This document shows positions 38,820-49,079 of a stretch of 64,000 nucleotides of DNA, piece after piece (the stretch's first letter is position 1; the number at the start of each line of letters is the position of its first letter). The DNA comes from Candidatus Bathyarchaeia archaeon. GTDB taxonomy: Archaea > Thermoproteota > Bathyarchaeia > Bathyarchaeales > DTEX01. The DNA lies in contig JAWBXL010000004.1 in NCBI GenBank assembly GCA_038867895.1, forward strand, positions 3,117 through 67,116, given 5' to 3'. A model generated the notes under the pieces. That model had not been told where the DNA came from. It ran no database searches and saw nothing but the letters and a program-made list of their open reading frames with translations. The position numbers were made by a program, and so were the translations under genes.

Positions 38820-39389
38820 CTAGTCCTTAGGTTGCCGCCCTATTATCTTTATTGCTGAGTGAATAATACATGATGTGACGGCTAATGCTGATATTGTCTC
38901 TGGAACGGCTATCCCCATCTTATACACACCCGCCCACCAGAGCGCCCAAGACAGAAAACCCACTGCGAATGCCAACGCCGCCAAAATCGACTTTTTCTCT
39001 AGAGAATAAATGATGCATGAGATCCCAGCCAAAATGAAAAATATTACTGACACAATAAAATGGATTTGCCCATATATTTCATCAAATGCCGCAACTGCCT
39101 GTAGCATTAAAGCTGATAACGTAAGCGAAACGCTAGTATACTTAGCGTAGCCTGCCAAGGATTTAGCTGAATATAGGGCTACCAAGAAGCCAGATACCAG
39201 CAGGCCGAAGTTAAAAATAGGCGCAACAATACTATTCTTGGCGTGTCCAAGATCACTCAATGCATTAACACGCCAGCTAAAGGATGGCGATAAATAAATT
39301 GAGAGACCAATACAAGTATATGCTATTAGCGGACCAATTATTCCCAAAATGACAAAAATTTTATCCTTTCGCAGATCGCTTTTCCCCAT
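38820..39389 (-). CDS. DUF998-like integral membrane protein
   Basis: IIGPLIAYTCIGLSIYLSPSFSWRVNALSDLGH resembles the DUF998 N-terminus. It has about 6 TM helices. Confidence 0.55.
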   Translation of the reverse strand: MGKSDLRKDKIFVILGIIGPLIAYTCIGLSIYLSPSFSWRVNALSDLGHAKNSIVAPIFNFGLLVSGFLVALYSAKSLAGYAKYTSVSLTLSALMLQAVAAFDEIYGQIHFIVSVIFFILAGISCIIYSLEKKSILAALAFAVGFLSWALWWAGVYKMGIAVPETISALAVTSCIIHSAIKIIGRQPKD

Positions 39390-39446
39390 TTGAGCCCTCC
39401 TATATCACCCAATAGAATTTATTAGAGCCTATAAACCTGAGTTAAT

Positions 39447-41576
39447 TTAACCCTGAGGAAGGGTTCTTCTCCTAGCAAAGTATATTGTTGTTACCGTTAA
39501 AAAGCAGCAGACAACAAGCAATATTATTGCCAAAGATCTAAAGAGATTTAGCTCACTTAGATAAGTCTCACATCTTGATGAGAGACTCACATAACTACTC
39601 ATCAATTCATTATACTTGGATGTTAATTCTTTATATCTAAGTGTTAATTCAGAGTAGCCCTGATTTAGACGCATTATTTCCATCTCCTTTTCCTTAAGAA
39701 TCACCATGATATTCTCTGGAATCGATGGGAGACCTTCCGCAACCTCACGTATTTCACGGGCCATTTTATAAGCATCTAGCGCCATTCTCCAAGCCTCCAC
39801 ATAATTCATTCTAGAATATTCATCATCTATCTCACCCAGTAATTTTCTAGCCCCGTTAATTCGATCTTTTATTTCCCTCATCTTTTCTGAATCAATCTTT
39901 TGGGGGAGAATACCCTCAATCTCCGAGATAATCCTATAGGTTTCTATAAGGAGTTTATCCGTGTGTATGCGGGCTAAAGCATCCTTATCAAAGGTGCTGA
40001 ATCCATACTCGTATGAGAAGTAGCTCATGGCGGAGCATACGAAATCCTCAAGATCACCGTAGACGTGCGGGTGGGCTAAGCCGAGCATATGCCCAACCTC
40101 ATGTATAATTGGCTGGGTGAAGCCAAAGCCCTTCCCCTCTTGTCTGGGCTCAACATGCTCGCCATAAAGAAGATCCTTTTGGCTTAACCCTATTAGGGCG
40201 AACTCCTCGAAGGCAGCACCCCATATCGTAGAGGGCTCTGGGCTACGCCTCAGTATCAGCCACTTATACTTGAACATGAAGTGATAGTCTTGGCTCAGGG
40301 CGAGGGCTATTACTGGTATAACATGCCCATCTTCTTCAATACTTTCTGGGATGAACATGTTTAGGTTTTTCTTAAGATATTCGTATATTGGCTGGGCATC
40401 TATATAGGATTCATTCATTGGAGAAGAAAAGAGATACCTATGCATCCAGGAATCAAGCCTTCCAGAATATTTATTGAGTAGATTGCCAAGTTCGGGCAGA
40501 TCCGTAATATTTAAGAATCTAACTTCAACGTTAACTTTGGATAAAGGCAACAAGCTATTTACAGCCTCTCTAATTAATATAGGATCCACAGATTCACTTA
40601 TTGGAGCAATCATCTTCTCGGATTCATTTCTACAATCGATTATTGATATTTTAACCGTAAATTTTTCGCTCCATGGAGGATTATAAACGAAGTCCGGCGC
40701 TGCCAAGTTATAAATAAATTCCCATATATGATCGGCTAAGAATTCCATTATCCATTGTGAACCACCACTCGTGTAGGGATCAATGGACTGATCCTCCATG
40801 ACAACCTGGATTGGAAGGTCATACCACATTGAGACGAAAGTCGGCCCAGCGCTTAAATCGAGGAACCAGAACCTTCCTGATCCACCCCACCCGACAGCGA
40901 ACTCCCTATATCGTAGTCTATAGCCCCTATCAAGATCAGTATAATTCACTTTATAGTAATGAGCTTCAACCTTTGGTGGAGTAAGCCCGAATGTCCTTGT
41001 CACCAAAAAGTTTCTTATGTCCTTATAGGCTGCTGAGGGTAAACCATCCCTTAGATCCGCTATTATAAACATGTATCCATTCTCAGGCAGCCCGCCAAGC
41101 TCATCTAGATGCTCCATCAGCCACCCTTCAACCCTTCTAGCATCGTAGAGGGAAGCCGAAACCATTGTAGGCTTCGTCACGAACCAGTCTCTTTCAAAAT
41201 CAAAAATGTAGAACCATGGATTCTCCCCCTCAAACCTCTCCTCAATACTCTTAAGGAACTTTATAAAGCGCGCCCTAAACGATGAAGAAGCAAACACAAA
41301 ATCATAGTTAAACTTATAGATAACGCCAGTAACATTATCATCCACAAGAATGCGGCAAACCTTCTCCTCCGGAAGCAATTTTTCAAGCGCATCTACATTA
41401 ATTATTTCCTGATCAAAGTATGGACCTATAAATGCCACCTTAATTGTTAATGGGACAATTCTAGATACATTTATCTTCCCAATAACTGTTTGATCAGCAA
41501 ACGCCACATCGAAAAGATAACATGAAAGCAGGAGTATTAATATGAAAAATACCATTGAATACGCGTGTCTTTTCAT
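39447..41576 (-). CDS. extracellular metzincin-like zinc metallopeptidase with C-terminal coiled coil and TM anchor
   Basis: A signal peptide is present. HEVGHMLGLAHPH (HExxHxxGxxH, nt 40065-40103) is followed by CSAMSYF (a serralysin-like SxMSY Met-turn). The C-terminus has a heptad-like region and LAIILLVVCCFLTVTTIYFARRR. Confidence 0.65.
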   Translation of the reverse strand: MKRHAYSMVFFILILLLSCYLFDVAFADQTVIGKINVSRIVPLTIKVAFIGPYFDQEIINVDALEKLLPEEKVCRILVDDNVTGVIYKFNYDFVFASSSFRARFIKFLKSIEERFEGENPWFYIFDFERDWFVTKPTMVSASLYDARRVEGWLMEHLDELGGLPENGYMFIIADLRDGLPSAAYKDIRNFLVTRTFGLTPPKVEAHYYKVNYTDLDRGYRLRYREFAVGWGGSGRFWFLDLSAGPTFVSMWYDLPIQVVMEDQSIDPYTSGGSQWIMEFLADHIWEFIYNLAAPDFVYNPPWSEKFTVKISIIDCRNESEKMIAPISESVDPILIREAVNSLLPLSKVNVEVRFLNITDLPELGNLLNKYSGRLDSWMHRYLFSSPMNESYIDAQPIYEYLKKNLNMFIPESIEEDGHVIPVIALALSQDYHFMFKYKWLILRRSPEPSTIWGAAFEEFALIGLSQKDLLYGEHVEPRQEGKGFGFTQPIIHEVGHMLGLAHPHVYGDLEDFVCSAMSYFSYEYGFSTFDKDALARIHTDKLLIETYRIISEIEGILPQKIDSEKMREIKDRINGARKLLGEIDDEYSRMNYVEAWRMALDAYKMAREIREVAEGLPSIPENIMVILKEKEMEIMRLNQGYSELTLRYKELTSKYNELMSSYVSLSSRCETYLSELNLFRSLAIILLVVCCFLTVTTIYFARRRTLPQG

Positions 41577-41815
41577 GGCTATATTATCCTTTCCGCTTTA
41601 TATAAATATTAAGGTATAAAACGCGGCAAGAGAAGCCCCCTTACATCATCAGGAAAATGCCTAACCAAACCAATAGAGACAGCCTCCACCTTACCACTCG
41701 GAGTATCAAAAATATCATGTATGGCTGCAAGGTTAACGTAACGCGTTCCACAACCTCAGGATAATGAGGACAAACCTAAAAGTTTTATAAAAAGAGGACA
41801 AAAAAAGAGGAAGAG

Positions 41816-42433
41816 TTATTCCTTACGGGTTGGAGGTTTATAGTCAGGGGGTAGCACTGGAACCGCATGTTCATCTAAAACTGGCTTTGTGTAACAAATT
41901 ATTTCTATAAATGGTCTACGGACGTTTCTGAAAACAATTGGTGCATGAACTAATCCTGCAGGTATATGAATACACGAGGGCTTTGTAATTATATATTTCT
42001 CTGCATCTTCTCCACAACCAAGCCAGAACTCGACCTCTCCTCCCAGGTCTGTAGGATTATCGGGGTCGGTTCCAACGAAAAGGAAAACTTCATCCGCTGT
42101 ATGATACATTGGCCAGCCGCGAAAAACTATTTCTCCCTCTTTAGTGCGAAACAGGGGAGGCCATACCTCACCTTCCGGTTCATTTGGTAATCCAGAACGC
42201 GCCCTTTTCATATGCTCCTTAACAAACTTACTGTTTGGGGGTATTACAGTAACGTCTGAAATACCATCCCGAACACCATCTCTCCTTATTATCATTATTT
42301 CAAAGTGGTGAGTAAGCGAAGGTATATCATTAGAATCTACCCAAAACATTTCACGGAAAGGCTTTTGACCTGCTGGCGCTGGATAAGACACATATAATAT
42401 TTCATTAATATACCGTTCATACTTTCGCTTCAT
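41816..42433 (-). CDS. cupin-like protein of unknown function
   Basis: HTADEVFLFVG...GEVEFWLG...CIHIPAGLVHAP resembles a cupin two-motif core. There is no closer assignment. Confidence 0.4.
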   Translation of the reverse strand: MKRKYERYINEILYVSYPAPAGQKPFREMFWVDSNDIPSLTHHFEIMIIRRDGVRDGISDVTVIPPNSKFVKEHMKRARSGLPNEPEGEVWPPLFRTKEGEIVFRGWPMYHTADEVFLFVGTDPDNPTDLGGEVEFWLGCGEDAEKYIITKPSCIHIPAGLVHAPIVFRNVRRPFIEIICYTKPVLDEHAVPVLPPDYKPPTRKE

Positions 42434-42682
42434 TTTTTATCACCATAAACCAATGGTTAGTAATTGATATTTAAGCCTTGTGACACGAGCACGGATGTTC
42501 TAGGATATGTTTCTGACCTTAAAAACTAAACCTCCTCTTAAAGGGTGAGATATTTTAGAGCACGCTCCTAAGAAACTTTTCACAACCTTTTCCTCTCCTA
42601 TATTTAAAGGTAAACAATAACAAGAAGCTTTTATATCCATTAAGAAAAACAAATTACAGGACGAGTTATAAGGTGAGATCAT

Positions 42683-43579
42683 TTGATATTTGGCATTGCA
42701 TCCACCCCATACTTTTGGGACGATATAAAAAAGTTTATAGAATGGTGTACTAGGGTTGAGGAGATGGAGTTTGATTCTATTTTCATCGCTGATCATTATC
42801 AATTTCCAGTGCCTCCATTTTATTCCAACAGCTTAATGGATGCTTGGACAACTATATCGTATATTTCAGCTAAAACTAGCAGAATCAAACTAGGTAGTCT
42901 TGTCAGCCCCATACCAAGATATATCCCAAGTCAGTTGGCAAAACTGATAGTTAATGTGGATATATTTTCTAATGGTAGAGTTATAGCTGGCTTCGGTATG
43001 GGATACTCTCCCGAGGAATTCATAAATTATTCACCCTTTTATTCCATTGATGAGCCAAAGGTATTGTTTGAGAAATTTAAGGAGGGGCTGGAGGTCATAC
43101 TTAAGCTCTGGACGATGGATACGGTGACATTTAGGGGAAAATATTATACTCTAACTGATGCTGTACTCTCACCTAAACCATTACAGAAACCGCATCCCCC
43201 AGTATGGATTGGAGGGGTTGGAACGAAGATATTAAAGCTCACGGCAAAATATTCTAATGGTTGGGTGCCTTCAGCCCTTCCAACCCGTATATTCACTTCA
43301 CGTACTGTTCAATCTATTGAGAATTATGAGAATTGCATGAAGATCATACAAGAACACCTTAAACACTATGGAAGAAAAACTAGCGAATTCACATTCAGCG
43401 TTTTAATTAGATTTGAATCTGATCCCATCAACCTAGAAAAAGAGGCCGCAAGCATAATAGAGAAGTATAAGGAAGTTGGGTGCCAATACATAGTTATAGA
43501 ATTCTCCCCAATATATCTTAAAAGATATATGGAATTGACAGAAAAGTTTGCCTGCGACGTAATGCCTTCATTTACCTAG
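42683..43579 (+). CDS. luciferase-like (LLM class) flavin/F420-dependent oxidoreductase
   Basis: FDSIFIADHY, GRVIAGFGMGY and PHPPVWIGG fit the LLM pattern. TTG start with AGGTGA 6 nt upstream. Confidence 0.7.
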   Translation: MIFGIASTPYFWDDIKKFIEWCTRVEEMEFDSIFIADHYQFPVPPFYSNSLMDAWTTISYISAKTSRIKLGSLVSPIPRYIPSQLAKLIVNVDIFSNGRVIAGFGMGYSPEEFINYSPFYSIDEPKVLFEKFKEGLEVILKLWTMDTVTFRGKYYTLTDAVLSPKPLQKPHPPVWIGGVGTKILKLTAKYSNGWVPSALPTRIFTSRTVQSIENYENCMKIIQEHLKHYGRKTSEFTFSVLIRFESDPINLEKEAASIIEKYKEVGCQYIVIEFSPIYLKRYMELTEKFACDVMPSFT

Positions 43580-43673
43580 ATTATCTCCATGAAACGCTTG
43601 CCAAATCTCTCTGAAAAAATGTGGAGAAAAGATTATTTTTTATGAGGGAAAGATAAGTAGATTGTGATATATT

Positions 43674-45470
43674 ATGGAGAGATTAGAGAAACTTCAAGAA
43701 GATCTTGAAAAAGCCAATTTGAGACTGAGACCCTACTGGGATCGCAGATATCTAAAGAATGTTGAAAAGTGGTCTAAGCCTGTTTATAAAGTAAAAGAGG
43801 AAAGAGACATATATATTACTATGTCTGATGGGACAAAAATATGCCTAGATGTCTTTCGCCCTGACGATGAGGGATGTTTTCCAGCGTTAGTAGCTTGGGG
43901 AGGATACGGAAAAGATCTTCAGTCTATAGATATACCTCCTCAGCCATGGGAATCCTACATGTTTAATCATGATGTAGAGGTCCCAGATATCAAGTTTTTT
44001 GTCAAGCGTGGCTACGCCGTTGTTATTCCAGATCCACGCGGCATAGGTAAGTCTGAAGGTGTATGGAAGATGCCTTTCAGCAGGGAGGAAGTGCAGGATT
44101 GCTATGAGATAATAGAGTGGGCTGCTAGACAGTCTTGGTGCGATGGGAATCTTGGCATGATCGGGCTCTCCTATTTTGGAACAATACAGTTACTGGTTGC
44201 GGCTCTACAACCACCCCACTTAAAAGCGATATGCCCGTGGGAGTGCCATTATAATTGGTATGACCGAAACTATCCAGGTGGTATCCTAACAACATTCCTC
44301 TGGGTTTGGGAGAGCGAGGTTCCCTTCCGAAAAGCTAAGCCATATTCTATTGAGTTGTATAGCGAGGAGGATCTTAAAAGAAAAGTTAGAGAGAGACTAG
44401 AGGATCCAGATATAAAAAATAACCCTTACTTCTATCAATTCCTAAAACCCTGGGAGAATGGCGGATGGCCACAATCACACCCATGCTTCTTTGATGTGAT
44501 TCTCCATCCTACTGATGGAACCTTCTGGCATGAAAGATGGGCAATCGCCTCAATAGTCAATAGAATAAAGATTCCAGTATATTTTGGCGGCCCATGGTAT
44601 CTAACAGCTTACACTGTGGGCCTCATCAAAAGCTTTCTTGAGTGCACAAGTCCCCATAAAAAGCTGATATTTTTCCCGTCAGAATTCAAGTTGCCTAAGC
44701 TGCCGGAATTAAAGGAGGAGATTTTACGCTGGTATGATTACTGGCTAAAGGGTGTAGATACTGGGATTATGGAGGAGCCGCCGATAAAAATCTTCGTTAT
44801 GGGCGTTAATAAATGGCGCTATGAACATGAATGGCCCCTTGCGAGAACAAGGTGGACCAAGTTATATCTAAAGTGCTTTAATAAGCTTGAGCCTGAACCT
44901 GAGGAGGAAGAAAATCTTCCGCCAGACGCATTTGTTCATAAGCCACCAACAGTTTCAACCGAAATACAATCGCTAACTTATATAACGAGGCCGCTTGCAA
45001 GCCCCTTGGAAATCACAGGGCAGATAGTAACCTATATTTATGCTTCAATTGACCAAGAGGATGCAGCATTCTATGCTACGCTATACGACGTTTCGCCTGA
45101 TGGTCATAAGACAGCTGTCTCAAATGGATGCTTAAAAGCATCGCATAGAATTATTGACGAGACAAAGTCTAAGCCTTGGCAGCCATGTTATTTACATTCG
45201 AGCCCACAGCCAATTAGACCTGGAGAAATCAACTTATACCCGATTGAAATGGAAGCAAAAAGCTACGTGTTCTTCCCAGAGCACAGGATCCAGCTAGAGA
45301 TCACATCGTGGAAACCGCTCCCCAGCGTTCACCATCATAAGATGCAGCTCATGCTCACATTACCAAACACGAGACCAACAACATACAAAATATATCGTGA
45401 TGCCAAACATCAATCCCACATATTACTGCCAATAATTTCAGAAACTCCGGAAGAACTCTGGATAAAATGA
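43674..45470 (+). CDS. CocE/NonD family alpha/beta hydrolase (S15 X-Pro dipeptidyl-peptidase-like)
   Basis: RGIGKSEG, GMIGLSYFG (nucleophile elbow) and a C-terminal jelly-roll region. The length is 598 aa. Confidence 0.75.
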   Translation: MERLEKLQEDLEKANLRLRPYWDRRYLKNVEKWSKPVYKVKEERDIYITMSDGTKICLDVFRPDDEGCFPALVAWGGYGKDLQSIDIPPQPWESYMFNHDVEVPDIKFFVKRGYAVVIPDPRGIGKSEGVWKMPFSREEVQDCYEIIEWAARQSWCDGNLGMIGLSYFGTIQLLVAALQPPHLKAICPWECHYNWYDRNYPGGILTTFLWVWESEVPFRKAKPYSIELYSEEDLKRKVRERLEDPDIKNNPYFYQFLKPWENGGWPQSHPCFFDVILHPTDGTFWHERWAIASIVNRIKIPVYFGGPWYLTAYTVGLIKSFLECTSPHKKLIFFPSEFKLPKLPELKEEILRWYDYWLKGVDTGIMEEPPIKIFVMGVNKWRYEHEWPLARTRWTKLYLKCFNKLEPEPEEEENLPPDAFVHKPPTVSTEIQSLTYITRPLASPLEITGQIVTYIYASIDQEDAAFYATLYDVSPDGHKTAVSNGCLKASHRIIDETKSKPWQPCYLHSSPQPIRPGEINLYPIEMEAKSYVFFPEHRIQLEITSWKPLPSVHHHKMQLMLTLPNTRPTTYKIYRDAKHQSHILLPIISETPEELWIK

Positions 45471-45716
45471 GAGAAAGGCGGAAGACTCTTCTCCTTTTCA
45501 TTTCCTTTTTAACGGAAAATTGCACATTTTAAAAAATTTAAGATCTTAATAAACTTAGTCTCTTCGAGAGCAGACGCATTTCTTTGCTTACGGTTTTATG
45601 ACAATGGATTATGTTAAAAACTTATAAATAATCTTATCATAAAATTATTCTCGGTTAAGAATAAAAAATGCTTGGATAATCCTTGGTTATATCATCAAAA
45701 ATTTGGGGGAAGCCTT

Positions 45717-47582
45717 TTGAAACCTGAGGCAAAAAATTGGTTTGGTTATGCTGGTAAAATTTTGAGGATAGACTTAACACACCATAAAAGCGTTACGGAG
45801 CCTTTAAATAAAGACTTGGTCGAAAATTTTATCGGTGGGCGGGGCTTCGGCATCAAAATTCTTTTCGATGAGATGACAAGAGGCGTGGATCCATTAGGTC
45901 CAGATAATAAATTAATTTTTGCTGTAGGCCCTTTAACAGGTACCAAAGCTCAAAGCGCCAGTAGATGGATTGCCCACTTTAAATCTCCCCTAACTGGAAC
46001 GTACTTCAGAAGTGTGGGGGGAGGCTTCTTTGGCGCCGAGCTAAAGTTTGCAGGTTACGATGCAATAATAGTGGAAGGCTCTTCTGAAAAACCCATTTAC
46101 GTGTGGATAAATGATGAAAACGTCGAGTTCAGGGATGCATCTAAAATTTGGGGAATGATAACTTCAGCCGCGAAAGAATTTATTCATGAAGAAACCGATG
46201 AGAAGGCTAGAATTGTTATGATAGGTCCTGCTGGAGAGCGACTGGTAAAAATCTCAGCTATAATGACTGATGACATGCGAACTGCTGCAAGGGGCGGCGG
46301 GGGCGCCGTTATGGGCTCAAAGAAGCTTAAGGCCATAGCTATTAGAGGCTCCAATAGACCAACAATTTATGATGAGGAAGCATTCGATGAAGCAATAAAG
46401 GAGCAGGTAGAGAGTTACCGTAAGAATCCCGCTTTCGAACGCTTCAGAAGCATTGGCACGAACGGTATAGTTTACTTCGCCTATACTACTGGCAATTTTC
46501 CCACATATAACTTTAAGCAGGTTCCATTTGATGGGATCCATAGATTTAAGCCAGAAGTTCTAAGCAGATATATAGTTAAGCATGGCGCATGCTATGGTTG
46601 CATACTGAGGTGCTGGAAAACTTTTAAGCTTACAGAGGGGCCATATGCTGGCATTGCATGGGAGTTTCCAGAATATGAAACCCACTGGTCATATGGAGGA
46701 AATCTGGGAAACTGTAATATAGAGTCTATAACGTATGCCAACATGCTATCTGATCTTTATGGTTTAGATACCATATCTGTAGGGGTTGTAATAGCCTTTG
46801 CCATGGAGCTTTATGAAAAAGGTATTATAAGCAAAAGTGAGACGGATGGACTTGAGTTAAGATGGGGTGATCCAGAAATACTCGTAGAACTTGTGAAGCG
46901 TATAGCTTTAAGGACGGGTATTGGGAATATACTGGCAGAGGGGGTTAAACGAGCGGCTGAAATAGTTGGGAGAGGGGCGGAGAAGTACGCGATGCACTGC
47001 AAAGGTCTTGAATTCCCAGCTTACGATCCACGTTCAGCTAAGGCGCACGGGCTTAACTACGTGACCTCTCCAATGGGAGCAAATCATAACATAGGCTGGG
47101 GCAGGTTTGAGATTAGAGGAATTCCCTGGAAAGTTGACCCATTAATTACTGAAGGAAAGGCTGAGATAACTAAATATGTGCAAGATGAGACGGCAGCTAT
47201 TGAAACTGCCGTCTTCTGTGTTTTCCCATTAAACAATGGGATGATAACCCTAGACCTCTATAGTAAGCTTCTGTACTCGGTTACTGGTGTTGAGAAGTTT
47301 AGAGAGCCAAAGTATCTATGGCTTGTTGGTGAGAGAATCTTTAATCTTGAGAGGGCTTTCACAGCCAGGGAAGGGTTTGATGTTAGCCAGGACACCATGC
47401 CCGAGAGAATACTAAAGGAGCCTGTTCCAAGAGAACCATCAAAAGGACACATATTCGAACTAGACACACTACTCAAAGAATACTATAAAATCAGAGGATG
47501 GAACGAAAAAGGAAAACCCACAAAAACTAAACTAGAAGAGCTAGGCCTATCTGAAGTTGCTAGAGAGTTAGAAGTGCCCTAA
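45717..47582 (+). CDS. aor: tungsten-containing aldehyde:ferredoxin oxidoreductase family protein
   Basis: WFGYAGKILRIDLT at the N-terminus. GGRGFG and the overall AOR pattern fit. TTG 45717 (GGGGGA 8 nt upstream) is preferred over the track start 45672. Confidence 0.9.
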   Translation: MKPEAKNWFGYAGKILRIDLTHHKSVTEPLNKDLVENFIGGRGFGIKILFDEMTRGVDPLGPDNKLIFAVGPLTGTKAQSASRWIAHFKSPLTGTYFRSVGGGFFGAELKFAGYDAIIVEGSSEKPIYVWINDENVEFRDASKIWGMITSAAKEFIHEETDEKARIVMIGPAGERLVKISAIMTDDMRTAARGGGGAVMGSKKLKAIAIRGSNRPTIYDEEAFDEAIKEQVESYRKNPAFERFRSIGTNGIVYFAYTTGNFPTYNFKQVPFDGIHRFKPEVLSRYIVKHGACYGCILRCWKTFKLTEGPYAGIAWEFPEYETHWSYGGNLGNCNIESITYANMLSDLYGLDTISVGVVIAFAMELYEKGIISKSETDGLELRWGDPEILVELVKRIALRTGIGNILAEGVKRAAEIVGRGAEKYAMHCKGLEFPAYDPRSAKAHGLNYVTSPMGANHNIGWGRFEIRGIPWKVDPLITEGKAEITKYVQDETAAIETAVFCVFPLNNGMITLDLYSKLLYSVTGVEKFREPKYLWLVGERIFNLERAFTAREGFDVSQDTMPERILKEPVPREPSKGHIFELDTLLKEYYKIRGWNEKGKPTKTKLEELGLSEVARELEVP

Positions 47583-47658
47583 AATATTCCTATTTTCTCA
47601 CTTTTTAGTGTGAAAGGCGCTTTAAAGGGGTCTGAAGAACAAAGAGATAAAAACATTT

Positions 47659-48798
47659 CTATTTTTCAGATGCTGATTTAAATCTATCCTTTAATCTATT
47701 TATTATCTGTGTTATTGCAGTATACTCCATGTATTCTGTGCCTAAGCGGGCTGGCTCAAATTCTCCCATCCGCCTTAACATCACAGCATATTCTAAGCAT
47801 TCTCTCCTTGCTAATTCAAAGGCGGGGTCATCGAAGAAATCTGCAATTAGAGGTTTATCTTCTTCATCGCCAGATATCTTTCCCTCGGTTATCTGAAGAC
47901 CCAGAGCAACTATTCTTGGCGGTCCATCAAAGATTGTGCATTTCGCATCCTTTAAACTGACGGGCATTACTGGTCCCCAGTGGCTTCCACGCATCCACCC
48001 GGCAGTAAGATAGCTATGCATGAATGGTGTTAAGATCTCACCAACCGCTGGTAAACCATGCTGAGCGCGTATTATTGCAACTGGATCATCTTTACCAACA
48101 TATTTTCCGGCAATTTGTGAGAGACTTGTTATGCTGGTTGAAGCACATATTAAATTATCTTCTGCACGCCAAACTCTTGAAATCACATAGCGTTCAACGC
48201 TGCCTATTAGCGCTATGAGCTCATACATTTCCTCCGGGCACTTCAGCACTATCTTTTTATCCTCAACAATATCCGTAACCTCAAATTTGAAGCCTCCTAT
48301 CATCGTTGGATCTATCACGAGGCCGGCAGTGTTCATTGGATCAGCAAATATTTTAAAGAGTGGTAGATTAAAGATTCCAATCGCAGCCTTATCAGCGGCA
48401 AGAATAACTATTGGGTCGGACTCTCTCTCCTCAATCTCCATTTCTGCCACTCCCGGACCAAGCCCGCTAACCGTGCCTGTAAACGAATCCTTCAATAAAT
48501 CCTGCCCAGCACCATAAAGCTTAAGTTTTCTAGCCTTATCAGCAGCCTCTTGAAAAGTCTCCCAAGCCAACTGATGGATTTTCTCATTCGATTCTCCCAT
48601 ACCATGTATCATAAGGAGCTCAACGTCATCACCGACATTAAAGACATAGTAACTATTTATTAGCCCCTCTTTCTTAGCCTTCTCCATTCTCTTCTTAGCA
48701 ATATCAAGTATAGGCTTAGGAACCACATGATGTCCAGCTAAGGAGCCAACATCGCATTTTATCAAAGAGATTGTTGTCTTCCTGCCCACCGTGGGCAC
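47659..48798 (-). CDS. fbp: fructose-1,6-bisphosphate aldolase/phosphatase (class V FBPase)
   Basis: TISLIKCDVGSLAGHHVVP and overall similarity to archaeal FBP A/P. The length is 379 aa. Confidence 0.9.
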   Translation of the reverse strand: MPTVGRKTTISLIKCDVGSLAGHHVVPKPILDIAKKRMEKAKKEGLINSYYVFNVGDDVELLMIHGMGESNEKIHQLAWETFQEAADKARKLKLYGAGQDLLKDSFTGTVSGLGPGVAEMEIEERESDPIVILAADKAAIGIFNLPLFKIFADPMNTAGLVIDPTMIGGFKFEVTDIVEDKKIVLKCPEEMYELIALIGSVERYVISRVWRAEDNLICASTSITSLSQIAGKYVGKDDPVAIIRAQHGLPAVGEILTPFMHSYLTAGWMRGSHWGPVMPVSLKDAKCTIFDGPPRIVALGLQITEGKISGDEEDKPLIADFFDDPAFELARRECLEYAVMLRRMGEFEPARLGTEYMEYTAITQIINRLKDRFKSASEK

Positions 48799-49079
48799 CT
48801 CAAACTAAATTTAATCTCTCAATAAAATAAAGTTTAGATATTTTAATCCTTTTATTTTTTCGAATAAAAATTGGAAACCTTAATAACCATTTTAGAAAAA
48901 TGATATGCTCTCTAAAGATTCGTCTTCTTGATCCCTAGTTACTTTTAGCATTCTAATCAAAAGAACATGTTTACCAAGCAAAATTAGAAGGGGATTATAT
49001 TAGAATTCAAAAAGAAATTGTTAAAAGTAAGATTATAGTTTTTGTTCTCTAATATGGAAAAGAGGTAAACTATTTGGGA

